64,000 nucleotides of DNA from Vicugna vicugna (taxonomy: Eukaryota), in the NCBI GenBank assembly GCA_013265495.1, contig MU057615.1:1-64000 (forward strand). The letters run 5' to 3'. Positions 24,855 through 37,870 of the stretch are shown piece by piece (position 1 is the first letter of the stretch; the number at the start of each line of letters is the position of its first letter). The position numbers and the translations under genes are program-made. Under the pieces are notes generated by a model. The model saw only the letters and a program-made list of their open reading frames with translations. It ran no database searches and had not been told where the DNA came from.

Positions 24855-24873
24855 CTCTCTGCAGGGGGCGCTG
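24855..24873 (+). promoter_or_regulatory. Candidate CTCF site
   Basis: TCTGCAGGGGGCGCTG matches the CAGGGGGCGCT half of the core, with CpG retained. Confidence 0.4.
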
Positions 24874-25035
24874 AGTGGTGCCACCGCCCAGCACACCCTC
24901 GTGCAGCAGCCGGGCAGCCCTGGCCCACAAGCTGGGGCTTCAGGTCAGGTGATGTCAAGGGCTCAAACACGTGCCGTGTTACTGTGTCCCTAGGCTCTGG
25001 GAGGTGCTGAGCATGCAGAATGTGGGTTTTCCTTG

Positions 25036-25886
25036 TGTGCTGGTGAATTTTAGGTGTCAACTTGAGTGGGCACAGGGTATACAGATACTCAGTCAAACTT
25101 TATTCTAGGTGTGTCTGTGAGGGTAATTTTGGATGAGGGTAACATTTAAACGTGTGGACAGAGAAAAGCAGGTGGCCCTCCCCAATGTGAGCGGGTTTTC
25201 TCCAATCACTTAAAGGCCTGAATCCAGCAAAAAGCTGACCCTCCTTGAATATGAGAGATGTCTTTCTGCCTGGTGACCTTCAAACTGGAACATCAACTTT
25301 TCCCTGATTTTTTATTTGAACTTAAACATGGAGTCTTTTTCTTTCTTTCTATTTTTAAATTCAAGTACCATCAGTTACAATGTGTCAGTTTCTGGTGTAC
25401 AGTACAATGTCCCAGTCATGTATATATGTACATATGTTTGTTTTTGTATTTTTTTCATTAAAGCGTTTTCATATTTTGTTGTAATAACCATTACAAGATA
25501 TTTAACATAGTCCCTGCTCTGTACACCAGGGCCTTTTTTTTAAATCTATTTTTATATATAGTGGCTAACATTTGTAAATCTCAAACCCCCAAATTGATCC
25601 CCTCCCATCACCTTTCTCCTGTAACCATAGGATTAAACCTGGAGTCTTGATGCCTTGAGCCTGCAGCCTTCAAATGAGAGTGACACAGTTGTATCTCCTG
25701 AGGCTAGGCCTTCAGACAGAGACTACAGCTGTACCACCGGCTCTCCTGGGTCCACACCTGACCCACCCACCCTCCAGATCTTATGACTTGCCAGCCTCCA
25801 TGATCCCATGAGCCAAATCCCTTTGGACAAATCTCCATGTAAACATCCTATGGGTTCTGTTTCCCTGGAAAACGCTGACTGATACA
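25036..25886 (+). mobile_element. ERVL solo LTR (MLT2), interrupted by an L1
   Basis: Starts TGTGCTGGTGAATTTTAGGTGTCAACTTGA, ends GGTTCTGTTTCCCTGGAAAACGCTGACTGATACA. 5-bp TSD CCTTG/CTTTG. Confidence 0.92.
25338..25632 (-). mobile_element. Young, heavily 5'-truncated L1 3' end nested in MLT2
   Basis: 16-bp TSD TTAAACATGGAGTCTT (25322-25337) / TTAAACCTGGAGTCTT (25633-25648). Homologous to 35310-35565. Confidence 0.93.
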
Positions 25887-26462
25887 CTTTGTTTCATCAT
25901 TTGGTATTTTGATCATTTATTCAATTCTTCTTACAATATTTCTAACTTTGGGAAACCAGGTTCTTAGCTTTTCTCTTTGCTATGGGGGGAAAAACATATT
26001 AATAAAAGGAGAATTATACTCTGACTATAACACATGAAGAAATCTGTAAAAGTAAAGTAAAACCATATTAGAGAGACTGGAACACGTACCACGCTTAGCA
26101 TACGGAAGTGACAAGGAAAATACCTCTTCTGGAGGACCTGACACCAGATGTCGCTGGGTCTTGCCCAGGGTCTCCTCCCCTGGAGCTAAGGATAACTCTA
26201 TGACCAGGCAACACGGGAGGCGGTACGTCCACATTTCGAAGGAGTCAAGTCTATTTGGAAGAAAGTAATCTCTTGAGGAAAGATGCATTGTCTTTGAGTC
26301 GTCCCAAGGCCCCCAAAGCTTCAGGGGCCCTTCTTGCTACAGAAATATTCCAGGAATAATCATAGTCTGTCCCTGACACCGTTGTTGTCCAGATGAAAAT
26401 ATCTTCTGTATGATGACCTTGTTAAGGATTCAATAAAAATCAGTGGATTAAATAAAGAGGCC

Positions 26463-26822
26463 TATGCTGGGTTGGATAGCGTCTCCTGGTAATTCATATC
26501 CTTCCTAGAGCCTCAGAATGTGACCTTATTTGGAAATAGGATTGTTGCAGGTGTAACTAGTTAAGATGTGGTCACGCTGAAGCAGTAGAGTGGGCCCTGA
26601 ATCCAGCGTGACTGTGTTTTCATAAGAAGAGGAGAGACCAGAGACAGAGACGTACAGAGAGAGAGCCATACGGTGATGGAGGCAGAGACTGGAGTGATGT
26701 GTCTATAAGCCAGGGAACACCAAGGATTGCTGGCAACACGAGGAGCTGTGGAAGTCATGGAATGATTCTTCTCTTGGGCCTTCAGGAAGAGAACGGCCCA
26801 GCCAGCACCTTGATTTTGGACT
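26463..26822 (+). mobile_element. MaLR LTR (MLT1B/C-like), 3'-truncated
   Basis: CCTCAGAATGTGACCTTATTTGGAAATAGG..GGCCCTGAATCCA..GAGGCAGAGACTGGAGTGATG..CACCTTGATTTTGGACT. Confidence 0.9.
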
Positions 26823-27764
26823 GTAGGCAGGATGAGGGGGGAGCACTGCCAAGGCGCTTTTGAGGTTGGTGGGGTGAGCAGTGAGGACAGCCACTAACAT
26901 CCCCAACCGGAGGACTGGCAATGCTGAAAGAAAATGCAAAGGCAGCAACTGGAAAGTACTAAGAAAAGGCATAAAAAACCCTGTTCTTCTACAAAATGAA
27001 AGAACTTCTGGAAGTTAGAATGATACTTACAAGAAAATGAATGCAATTTAAAATTAAACGGGAGCAGGGAAGGTATTTGGAGAAACATGTCTTTGTTATG
27101 ATTTAAGTATAAAAGCTGTAAATAGAGTAAGTTCAGAAAATGCTTCATGGGGTGCGTACATTGTGAGTGGGTGGGATTTCCCTGGAAGATGGATTTAAAT
27201 CTTGGCAAGGGCTTGCAATCTGTCAAGGTGCGGGAATAAAAGGGGACAAGATGGCAGCTCAGCGGTTTCATGAAGAGGCCTTGTGGGAGGTTGGCAGCAA
27301 GCCTGTTAGCCTGTGGGACCAGGCCCAGGGCCTGCTAGAAATAAACATGATTGAAAAATAACAGACACTCCCATCACCTTGCTTGAAAGTACGGCAAACT
27401 GAACATACAGCCTCCAGCACAATCCCCAGACAGCTCTGAGTTCGGGTTCCTGCCAGCCGCAGACGTGGCATCCTCAAGACCTTTAATGGCAGAGGATGGA
27501 TTGGTGGAGAATGAGGTAAAAATTGGCCCTTACCTTCTCAGGCTTACTCATCTCTTGATTATGTTCCTAGCAGAATGCTGTCCTCCCCAGATAACTCCCA
27601 GTTCGCTCTCTGCAGGCAGAGGTTGAGTTTTGGGGGGCTGGGTTTTAGCTGAGAACAATGTGTAGGAAGCCCACTGGGGATGAGTGAGGAATGAGAGAGC
27701 TGTAAAGCCAGAGGACACCTTGAATGATTGCTCACAGGCAGTAGTTCTAGTAATGCCCCTTTCT

Positions 27765-28230
27765 GTGCCACATCCCCTCTGCCTCCACAGTGCGACATTA
27801 TAACCCCTGCCATTCAAAGATGGAAGCTCTTTCTCCATCCTTTGCATCAGGCCTGGACTTACTTTGAACTTTAGAAGGAGGTCAATGTTATTACCCTTCG
27901 GCCCCAAGCCTGGGAGGCAAGACGCCTTGTTGTTTCCACTTAACTTCCTTGAGACCCTTCCCAGTCACCATGGAAACCAGGTATGCTGGCTAAGAACAGA
28001 TGTGTCAGCTAAGGGCTGAGAGGCCAGGCGGAACAGAGCTGGACCACTCCAGCTGAGACACCTCCTTGTGGGGGCTGATGGCACCCACCCTAGAGAGCTC
28101 AGCTGAAAATAGCTAAGCCTGGCCACATCAGCAGGGCCAGCCCGCTGACCTACGGACTCATGAGCAATAATAAATGGTGGGTATTTTAAGCCACCAAGTG
28201 CTGGCTGTAGTGAAAGCCAGCAGACACAGT
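27765..28230 (+). mobile_element. Old MaLR LTR (MLT1G/H-like)
   Basis: GCTGACCTACGGACTCATGAGCAATAATAAATGGTG..TTTTAAGCCAC terminus typical of MLT1. Confidence 0.65.
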
Positions 28231-28527
28231 TGCTAACATCGACAAACTGGAGGACGGAGGCCCCGAGGGATGCTGGATGCCTAGGGTTAGAACCAGGGTC
28301 TTTTTATTCTGGTGGTAGGCTGAGGGCCTTGCCTGCTTAATCAGGCTGCTTTGGGTTGGGAAGTTTGGGGTTTGAGATGAATTGTAACAAACATTCCGGT
28401 AGAATTGGTTTCTTTAACTATCACACTTTTATAAAAAAAATTATTTAAAATTCATTAACTGTTCACTCATTTGCTGATTCTAAAATAAAAACAAAAGGAT
28501 AATCAGTAATCCAGAAATACATTTCCA

Positions 28528-29201
28528 GAGATTCCTCAAAAAAACTAAAAATAACTTACCATATGATCCAGCAATCCCACTCCTGGGCTCTATCCAGAGG
28601 GAACTCTAATTCAAAAAGACACATGCACCCCAGTGTTCATAGCAGCACTATTTACAATAGCCAAGACATGGAAACAGCCTAAATGTCCATCAACAGATGA
28701 CTGGAGAAGAAAGTTGTTTTATATTTATACAATGGAATATTACTCAGCGATAAAGAAGACTAAAATAATGCCATTTGCAGCAACATGGATGGACCTGAAG
28801 ATCATCATTCTAAGTAAAGTAAGCCAGAAAGAGAAAGAAAAAGTACCATGTGATATCACTCATATGTAGAATCTAAAAGAAAAAAGAAAAAAACAGGATG
28901 CTAATGAACTCATCTACAAAAGTAACAGACTCGCAGACATAGTAAATAATCTTACAGTTACCAGGGGAAAGGGGGTGGTAAGGGATAAATTAGGGAGTTT
29001 GAGATTTGTAAACATTAATCACTATATATGAAAATAGATTTAAAAAATTTCTTCTGTATAGCACAGGGCACTATATTCAATATCTTATAATCTTTAATGA
29101 AAAAATATGCAAATAAATGTGTATATATGCATGACTGGGACATTGTGCTGTACAGCAGAAACTGATACAGTGTAACTGATTATACTTAAATTTAAAAAAA
29201 A
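28528..29201 (+). mobile_element. Young L1 3' end
   Basis: ORF 28633-28869 (MFIAALFTIAKTWKQPKCPSTDDW...) is the L1 ORF2 C-terminus, followed by 3'UTR and A-tail. Confidence 0.95.
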
Positions 29202-30554
29202 TGAGATAAATTTCCTACCATTCTTCACCCCACAGTCATGTCTTACATGGACCTTCAAAGCACGTATGGGCTAAGGGGGGGCTGGTCCCCACATGGATGT
29301 TGAGATATATGCGGGAAGTGCTCCTTGGCTCTGTGAACAGGGAGGAAAGGGCTGTACGTGCTAATGACTGCAGAACTGAGGTCCCTCCCATCCTGTTACA
29401 GTATGAGTAGCTCATGCCTCCCGAAGTCAGTGTCTAATCGCCTGTAATTGAAGCCATCTGCTTATGGTCGACCCTGCTCACTGGGGGACACATGCTTTGA
29501 ATGCGCATGGCTTGACTGTGTGAGTTTTAAATAGATTTTTAATATTAAAGGCCTTTGGAGCTATACTTGCTGGTGTTGCGGGTCCCTCCGGTGGCTGTTA
29601 CCTGGGCACATTTCCGTGAACTGAGTATTAATCCACAGTGAGGGTTCTCTGGGGAACCCAGAATGTGCTTAAGCTATAGCCTTTATCTGAACACATCCTG
29701 GTGAATTTTTAGTTTTGAGGCAAGGCAGACAGTCACACCGAATTACAAATGAAATACCTACCTGTCATTATGAGAAGCTCTGTTTTCCCCGATTGTGAAG
29801 ATTCCCCGTGGCCAGTTCTGGCCGAGACTGTCTGGGTACGACGCCTGTGTCTGCTGCTCTGTGCTCCCCGCCCCCCTACCCCCCAAGAGGATGACAGAAG
29901 GAGGCCGTGTACTCCCTTACAGTGGTGGATGGTCTCAGGCACCGAAAACACTTCTGAAGAGGTTGCAGGGCATCTGGCTTCTGATCCGGCAACCTGCTTA
30001 ATTCTCAAAGGAGGTGGAAGCTACGATTCTGATTTTAGTCAAAGGGGATGAAGGTGCAGGGATACCAATAGCCAGAAGGGGAAGCGTCCAAACATTGGAA
30101 TCTGTAACTTTTGATTTCTTTGGGGGAATAAATGAACGTCTCTGACATTCATCAGGATTCTTAATCGAATTTTCAAAATAAGAGAATAAAAAACTTCTGT
30201 CGGCAAGGTTTCAGCTCAGAAATATTTTAGGAGGGATCACGATGGACGGGTGCCCTGCGTTCAGTGGGACCTGACTCAATCTCTAATGCAAGGGCGAGGT
30301 CTGCTTCTCATTCCTGCAACCGAGGAAGGATGTCTCAGAGAATTTAAGATCAAGGGAAAGCCCGAACATCATTAGATAGTTGGCAGAAAATGTGATTTCT
30401 GTGGAGAGCATAAAGCCAGACAGCTTGCTTAGCTTACGGACAGAAGGATGAGAGGAAACCCTCAGAAACCACGGAATGCCCTTTAAAGCGCCCTGCAGTG
30501 AAAGCTGGGGGGCCTTGGCCTGGCGAATGAAGATCAGAAGAAGCTGTGGCAAGC

Positions 30555-30675
30555 TGGGTAGACCCCCGCCCGCGCAGCACCTGCTCCCATCACTTCCCGC
30601 CTCCTCATCCGCCCCAACGCCCCTCTCCTCCGCCCCCCCAGCGAACTCCCCGAATCTCTGTGCCCCCGCAGGGTC
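30555..30675. promoter_or_regulatory. GC-box cluster (candidate promoter/enhancer)
   Basis: CCCCGCCC, CCCGCCTCC and TCCGCCCC x2, an ETS-like CACTTCC and an E-box CACCTG within ~110 bp of non-repetitive DNA. Confidence 0.4.
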
Positions 30676-32769
30676 CTCCCTCAGTACTGCAGGTTTTTCT
30701 CCACTAACTGTTTTTGATGTGAGAAAACTTTGTGTGTATGTGTTGTGCAATTTAGGTTTTATCATTATACTCTACGATAGGAGGAAGTGATCAAACGAGT
30801 TTAAATTATATAAAATACGTTTTTCATGATAACTTACAAGCTGGGCTTGTGAGCATAACATAAATGGGGCAGAGGAAAATAACAGTTTTCATTACTAGAA
30901 CAGCACTTGCAGGCAAGCAGACTGACCCCCATGAACAAGGGCTAAGACCATTTGTCCCCTGACTTTTAGTCACAAAGGAAGCCACGTAACTACATAAAAA
31001 TTTTAGTCATCTGAACTGATGGCAAAATTTGAAATTACTGACAAAAAGAGCTATTTTTAAAGAAAATTTCATGTCTTCCAAATGCTTTCAGATAAATGCA
31101 AAAGCCAGTCTCAGCTTTCAGCCTCAGCAAGGGCGAGGCTGTCCCCACCACGTGTCAAAGTGTCCATGTAGTTTCTCACAGAGCCCCGGGCCCTGTCTGC
31201 AGTCTCATCTTACCATACATGGCTGCTTTAAAGCTCCATGAATGGAGTTTAAGAACATGTTTGCATTCCTGACTTCTTTTTCATTATATTTATTCAACAA
31301 GCCTCATTCTTTTTTTTTTTTTTTTTGACGGTGTGAAAGTAAACTGCTAAGCTTTCTCTGTCTACACCATCACATATCCGCTTGCTAATGACTTGTGCAT
31401 TACACTGTCCACAAGCGAAGAGGGTGTGGGGGAGCCTGGCTTGGTTTCTGGGCTGCAAGTGCAGGGGAGAGATTCAGCTTGTGCCCCCACCACACCCTGA
31501 GGACCCTGGATCCCGGTGGCACCACGTCCTATCTGTCTAACCCAGCCCTGTCTTGCCTCGTGCACTCTGTTGATGCTCCCCTCCAGAACCTGTCCAGATA
31601 AACCAACCTCTCTCAAAATGCTCATTCTTTTGTCCGAATCCAAATGCTGGCTTGTCCTGGAGCTTGTCTGCATTATCTCAGGTGTCTGAATTCCTGCAGT
31701 CCTTTGTGTCTGTCTGAGATCTTTTGTTGCAACCTCTTCTTTTTTTTTTTTTTTAACTCTTTGTTTCCCATGCATGTTTCTCATTCTCTGGATAGGAGGA
31801 AATTCAGGGAAAAGCCCTGAATGTCTGTGTCTCCCCTGCACCCAGTAGGATGCCTTCTGCAGTCCCTCCGAAATGGGAAACGGCTGTTCTGCCCTGGCCC
31901 TGGCCCAGGACATTGGCGTATAATAGAGATTACTTCCGTCTTTAATCCAGGGGGCTTTTGTAATGAGAAGCACCAGGAGACACTTAGAAGACAGCGTCCT
32001 AGTACAACAGTGAAGGTGCACACAGGCCCTTTAGGGTAGCCTGGGGCTGGGGGGGGCAGAGTCAGGGAACCTTCTGGAAAGTTTAAGGTACACCTGATAA
32101 ATGCTTATCAGTCAATCAATTGCGTCTGTTTTAGATTATGGAAACCAAAGAATTAAGTAACAAATTTGGGTACACATGGGCAAAAAAATCCTCAGTTTTA
32201 TGGAACAGACAGGAAGCTAGTTACAACTGGACGAAGTTAGCAGCTCAGCCCATCATGGGTCAAGTCATGAAGCCTGAGCATCTCCAAGGAGAGCTCCTTC
32301 CTTTGCTTCCTAGCAAATAACATGGCCGCAAAACGCGAGTCTTGTTTTGATGTTGGTGTCTCCGAACTGTCTTTTGACTGCTCAGCACTTGAGACTCTTT
32401 CACAGAAAAGAGGGTCTCTAATCTCAGCTGTTCATGGAAGTGCTCTATGTTGAGAACTGCTTCAGGGTGACTGCATACTCCGTAGGTGCGTTTTTGAATG
32501 AGAGCAGGACATGCTGCCTGAGAGGCACATAAAGAGTGTATTTTGAGGCTGATTTGCATGGTCAGCATCGCAGGATTCTGAGAGGCCTGAAGGAAGAGCT
32601 GGAGATGAGTGGAGTCCAGCCCCATGGAATACCACATCTCTAGGCTGTGGTTTTGATTCCTGTAAAATTTTTTTTGCATCAAATTTTTAAGTCTCATTTG
32701 GTTCTAGAAACAATAGACCACCTTTTACATAAAGTTAACAGTTGTGCCCCATTCTGCTCAATTGGTGCA

Positions 32770-33090
32770 AAATCCTCTGTCGTGTGGATATGTGGTCTGT
32801 TTTTTCACCAATATGCTTGATGGCGTCCCTCGTTTTTCTCTAAACAAATCATGTGGGAAATAAGTTTATTTGGACATTCGCTCTTACATACATGTGGGAT
32901 ATTTTTGTAGGATACAAACCTGGAAGTGCAATTGCTGTTCTCAAGGTCTATGCAATTAAATTTTTACGGTTATCGCCAAATTGCACTGGAAAAAAAGTTT
33001 TAATATGTTGTCTCAGATTGCTACCATCAGTAGTGTAGAAGGCTCCTTTTCCCCTCATATGCACTGGGTATTATTCATTTTAACTTAAAA
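32770..33090 (-). mobile_element. Ancient L1ME fragment
   Basis: TTTTTGTAGGATACAAACCTGGAAGTGCAATTGCTG..GCCAAATTGC..CCATCAGTAGTGTAG, decayed antisense ORF2 3' sequence. Confidence 0.6.
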
Positions 33091-33304
33091 CTTTCAAGAT
33101 TTGCAGATACTGACTGGTGTATATAAAATAGATAAACACATTTATATGGTATAGCGCAGGGAAATATATTCAATATCTTGTAGCAGCTCATGGTGAAAAA
33201 GAATATGAAAATGAATATATGTATGTTCATGTATGACAGAAGCACTGTGCTGTCCACCAGAAATAGACACAACATTGTAAACTGACTATAACCTAATTAA
33301 AAAA
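33091..33304 (+). mobile_element. Young L1 3' terminal fragment
   Basis: Homologous to 24035-24251 and 58030-58240, with A-tail. Confidence 0.92.
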
Positions 33305-33486
33305 TTGCTCATCTAGTGATTACAATTTTTTTAATGATGTACAGTAGGGAGAGACAGAGTGAGGGAGTATGTGTATGTATATTAGAGGAAATGACAGTAA
33401 GCTTTAGTTAATTTTAAACTATTAAAATATTAATTTAATAATTTAATTTTAAAAATCCTCTATTCTGTTTTCTTATTTATCTTCTG

Positions 33487-34010
33487 TTTTTTTTTAATAG
33501 ACTTTATTCTTTTAGAGCAGTTTCAGGTTCACAACAGATTTGTGCAGAAAATACAGAGTTTGCACAGAGCCCTCCCCACCCACACATATATACTCCCCTA
33601 CCCTCAGCATCCCTCATCCGTGTGGCATGTTTGGTACAATTGATGAACCAACATGGGCACATTATTATCAACCAAAGTCCATAGTTTACATTAGGGCTCA
33701 CTCTTGATGTACATTCTATGGGCTTTGACAAACGCATAACAACATGTAGCCACCACTATAGTATCACACAGAGTAACTTCATTGCCCTAAAAATCCCTTG
33801 TGCTCCATCTATTCACCCCTCCCTCCCTCCCTCTCCCCAAACCCCTGGAAACCACGACCTTTTTATTGTTTCTGTAACTGTGCCTTTTCCAGAATGTCAT
33901 TTGGTTGGAGTCGTACAGTTTGTCGCCTCTTCAGACTGGCTTCTTTCATTTAGTGATAAGTCTTTTAAATTTCTTCCATGTCTTTCACGGCTTGATAGAT
34001 CTTTTTTTTT
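33487..34010 (-). mobile_element. L1MC/MD-type 3'UTR
   Basis: TTTAGAGCAGTTTCAGGTTCACA..CAATTGATGAACCAACAT..AAGTCCATAGTTTACATTAGGG. Confidence 0.88.
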
Positions 34011-34109
34011 TTTTTTACTGCCCATGTATTTTTTAAATTTATATATGTGTACTGTTGATTGTTTCTAAGAACGTTTAGAGTTTAGCTTTTTAAACTTACA
34101 TAGTTATCA

Positions 34110-36630
34110 AACTGTGTTCCATACGTTATTGTGAGTGGGGCTGACATCTCCAATGGTAACTATTAAACTATTTCTCTCCTTAGTTCTACCAGTTCTTGTT
34201 TCTATATTTCCATCATCTGTCATTAGGTGTATATTTAAATGGTTATAACTGTTACATCATTCTGCTGTATTAAAATTTTTATTCATTTTTTTCTTTGTTG
34301 CTTATTACCTTTTTTGATTTAAAGTCTTGTCTGGTATTAGTATAGCCACTTCTCCTATCGTTTATTTACTGCTTGCATGGATTATCTTTTTCCATCTTTT
34401 CACTTTATATTTGTATCTTTGGATCTCAGGTGCATCTCTTAGAAGGCATATAGTTGAATCCTGTGTTTATCCATTCTGTCAATCTGCCTTTTGATTGAGT
34501 TTAATTATTTGCATTTAAAGTAATTACTGATAAGGACAAACTTACTTCTGCCACCTTGCTGTTTATTTTCTGTGTGCTTTATAGCTCTTTTGTCCCTCAC
34601 CTCCTGCACTACTGTCTTCTTTTGTGTTTTCAGTTGATTTTTTGTAGTGAAATGTTTAAATTACTTTCTCATTTTGTGTATATTCTATAGCAGTTTTCTG
34701 TATAATTACCCTGGTGATTACATTTAGCATCCTACCATTATAACACTCTAATTTGAATTTACAACGGCTTACCTTCAGTAACATACAAAATCTTTGCTCC
34801 TTTATAGCTCTGTTTCTGCTCTTTTAGTTCTGTATGTTACATAATTACCTTTTTATACATTGTGAGCCCCAAAATATAAACTATTAATTAAAAAAAAAAC
34901 ATTAGTCTCAAATTCTGTAGGAAATGTATTAACCCATTAAATCATATAAAAAACAAAAGTGCAGTCACTAATGTTTGTTACAAGAATACTAGCTTCTATA
35001 ATTGGCCATATATTTACCTTTATTGAGACCTCCCCTCACCCAGGTTCAGGTTAGTGTGTAGTGTATTTTCTTTTCCTCTTATGGGACTCCCTTGAACATT
35101 TCTTGCAGGCAGGTCTAGAGGCAACAGACTCCTTCAACTTTTATTTATTTGGGAATGTTTTAGCATATCCCTCTCTTTTCTTTCCCAGTTTTATTGGGAT
35201 ATAATAGTTGTACAACATTGTATTCATTTTAGATGTATTCTCTATCACTTTTGAAAGACAGTTTTGCTGGATATAGAATTCTTTGTTGACAGTTTTTTTT
35301 TTCTTTTTTTACTTGAAGTACAGTCAGTTACAATGTGTCAATTTCTGGTGTACAGCATAATGTCCCAGTCATATGTATACATGCATATATTCACTTACAT
35401 ATTCTTTTCATTAAAGGTTATCACAAGATATTGAATATAGTTCCCTATGCTATACAGAAGAAATTTGTTTTCTTAATCTATTTTTATATATAGTGGCTAA
35501 CATTTGCAAATCTCAAACTTCCAAACTTATCCCTTCCTACCCCCTTTCCCGTGGTTACCATAAGTTTCTTTACTAAGTCTGCAAGTCTGTTTCTGTTTTG
35601 TAGATGAGTCCTCTCTTTCCTTTTTTTAGATTCCACATATGAGTGATATCATAAGGTATTTTTCTTTCTCTTTCTGCCTTACTTCACTTAGAATGATGAT
35701 CTCTATTGGCATTATTTTATTCTTTTTTATGGCTGAGTAGTATTCCATTGTATAAATGTAACACAACTTCCTTATCCAGTCATCTGTGGATGGACATCTA
35801 GGTTGTTTCCATGTCTTGGCTATTGTAAATAGTGCTGCTATGAACATTGGGCTGCAGGTGTCTTTTCAAATTAGAGTTCCCCCCAGATATACACCCAGGA
35901 GTGGGATTGCTGGTTCATATGGTAAGTCTAGTTTTTTGAGGGATCCCCATAGTGTTTTCCATAATGGCTGCACCAAATTACATTCCAAACAAGTGTAGGA
36001 AGATTCCCTTTTCTCCACAGCGTCTCCAGCATTTATTGTTTGTGATGGCCATTCTGACTGGCGTGAGGTGATACCTCATTGTAGTTTTGATTTGCATTTT
36101 TTCCTTTAAGCACTTTGAATATATTGGCACACTACCTCTGGCCTCCAAAGTTTCTGGTGAGAGATCTGATAATCTCATTGAGAATCCCTTGTATGTGATG
36201 ATACGATTCTCTCTCTTGCTGCTTTCAGTGTTCTCTCTCTGTCTTTGTCTTCTGAAAGTTTGATTATAATGTGTCTCAGTGTGGGTCTCTTTGAGTTCAT
36301 CTTATTTGGAATTCATTGAGTTTCTTGGATGTTTAGATTCATGTCTTTCATCAAATTTTGGAGGTTTCAGCCATTATTTCTTCATGTATTCCCTCTGCCT
36401 CCCTCTCTCTCTCTTCTTCTTCTGGTATACATTGCTCTGCTTGACAGTATTCCAGAGCTCACTTAGGCTCTGTTCACTATTTTCCATAATTTTTCTTTCT
36501 GTTCCTCAAATGATCATTTATGTTGTTCTGTCTTCAGCTTACCTGATTCTTTCTTCTTCTTGCTTAAATTTGTCTTTGAACCCATCTATTAAATGTTTTA
36601 ATTCAATTAATGTACTTTTTGGCTCCAGAG
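34110..36630 (-). mobile_element. Old L1 (ORF1, inter-ORF and start of ORF2), interrupted by a young L1
   Basis: Antisense EN-domain and ORF1 sequence. ORF 35978-36178 begins [14 protein letters not shown] (ORF1p CTD). Confidence 0.85.
35293..36098 (-). mobile_element. Young L1 3' end nested in old L1
   Basis: ORF 35626-35847 encodes the ORF2 C-terminus; [17 protein letters not shown] motif; poly-T at the left end. Confidence 0.95.
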
Positions 36631-36632
36631 CT

Positions 36633-36770
36633 CATAGGGGGGTTTAGACTTGTTTCAAGGAAAGATCACAAAGTCTTTCCTGCACATACCATTTCTCAAA
36701 TTCCTTCTGCTTGAAACATTCAGGATGCCAAGGTGCCGCATTTTAGGGGCATATGTCCTGAACCCCATCA
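36633..36770 (-). mobile_element. ERV1 LTR 5' fragment (MER34/MER39-like)
   Basis: Reverse complement starts TGATGGGGTTCAGGACATATGCCCCTAAAATGCGGCACCTTGGCAT..AAGGAATTTGAGAAA. Confidence 0.75.
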
Positions 36771-37870
36771 CCAGGGTGCCATCGTCACAAACTGTAACTC
36801 CCAGCACATCATCTCTCCTGGTTTGAACACTTCCTTTTTTTCAAACTCTTTCTCAAGGCTTTAAAGATTATTGTCACTCAATCCATAATGTACTAATTCA
36901 GTAAACATTTGAGTGTCAACCATGTACCAGGCACCACGCTGTTCGGACTCCTCTAAGTAGGCTCCAGCTGGTGATACTTGTCAAAATAGAACATGGTTCT
37001 CCAAGGCCTGGAATTGAGATGAAGTGAGATGAGAGCAGCCTGGCTCATGTGTGTGTTTCTAACACAATAAATACAGTAACAATAATGGCGTTGACTAATG
37101 CGGTGTTTCTTTCAGTTCACAAAGAATGGGCACGTAGCCCAAGAAATGGGCCTTTTCCATGTCTGGTACCTTGTAATACCCCATTTGATCGGTGTGTAGT
37201 TTAAGCTTTTCAGCTTAAATTAGGAGTTTTTAATTTGTATATCAGTAGACCTGGTGTGTCATTCTGACCTTTTGAATCTCTTTTGTTGTATCTTTCAGCT
37301 CACTTGCTTTCCCTTCAGAGAACAATGTCATTCATGAATTTGGCCTCCAGACCCTCTGTTTTGTTCTTAGTTACTAGTTCTCCCATTGTAGGGGAACAGC
37401 GCAAAGGCAGGCACCTGCGGCCCGCCAGGGGAGCACCTGGTATTTAAATGCCGTTCGTTTATTCATTTAGCATGTAATTATTCTGCATCTAGTTTTGTTC
37501 TAAATGTCATTTGGTGAGTCACCCAGTCCCTAAAGAATCCACCTCTGAGGCCAGTTATGTGATTATCTAGGCCACACTGGTTCAGTAAAAATGATCATAT
37601 AAGTCTTTGTGATGGCAAAATCCAAGATTGTGTCTCAGTCATCTTCCTGTTTCACTATTGAGGAAATGAAGTAAAGAAAAAAATGTACCTTGCATGTATT
37701 ATGATGACACTTGGGGCTCATCTGTTTCCTCCAGATGCTCTGAACTTTCAGCCTAGATAGTCTTGTAATTTTGGCAAATATTGATGCCAGGTTTAATAGA
37801 ATACGGCAGATATTCTTCGTTGTCTATGGCAAAATATGTCCTTTAGATGTGATTTGTTCCTTTTGCATAG

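Noticed and set aside
31362..32021. Longest ORF (219 aa, minus strand)
   Set aside because: Runs through a poly-A tract (KKKKK), non-ATG start, no recognisable homology.
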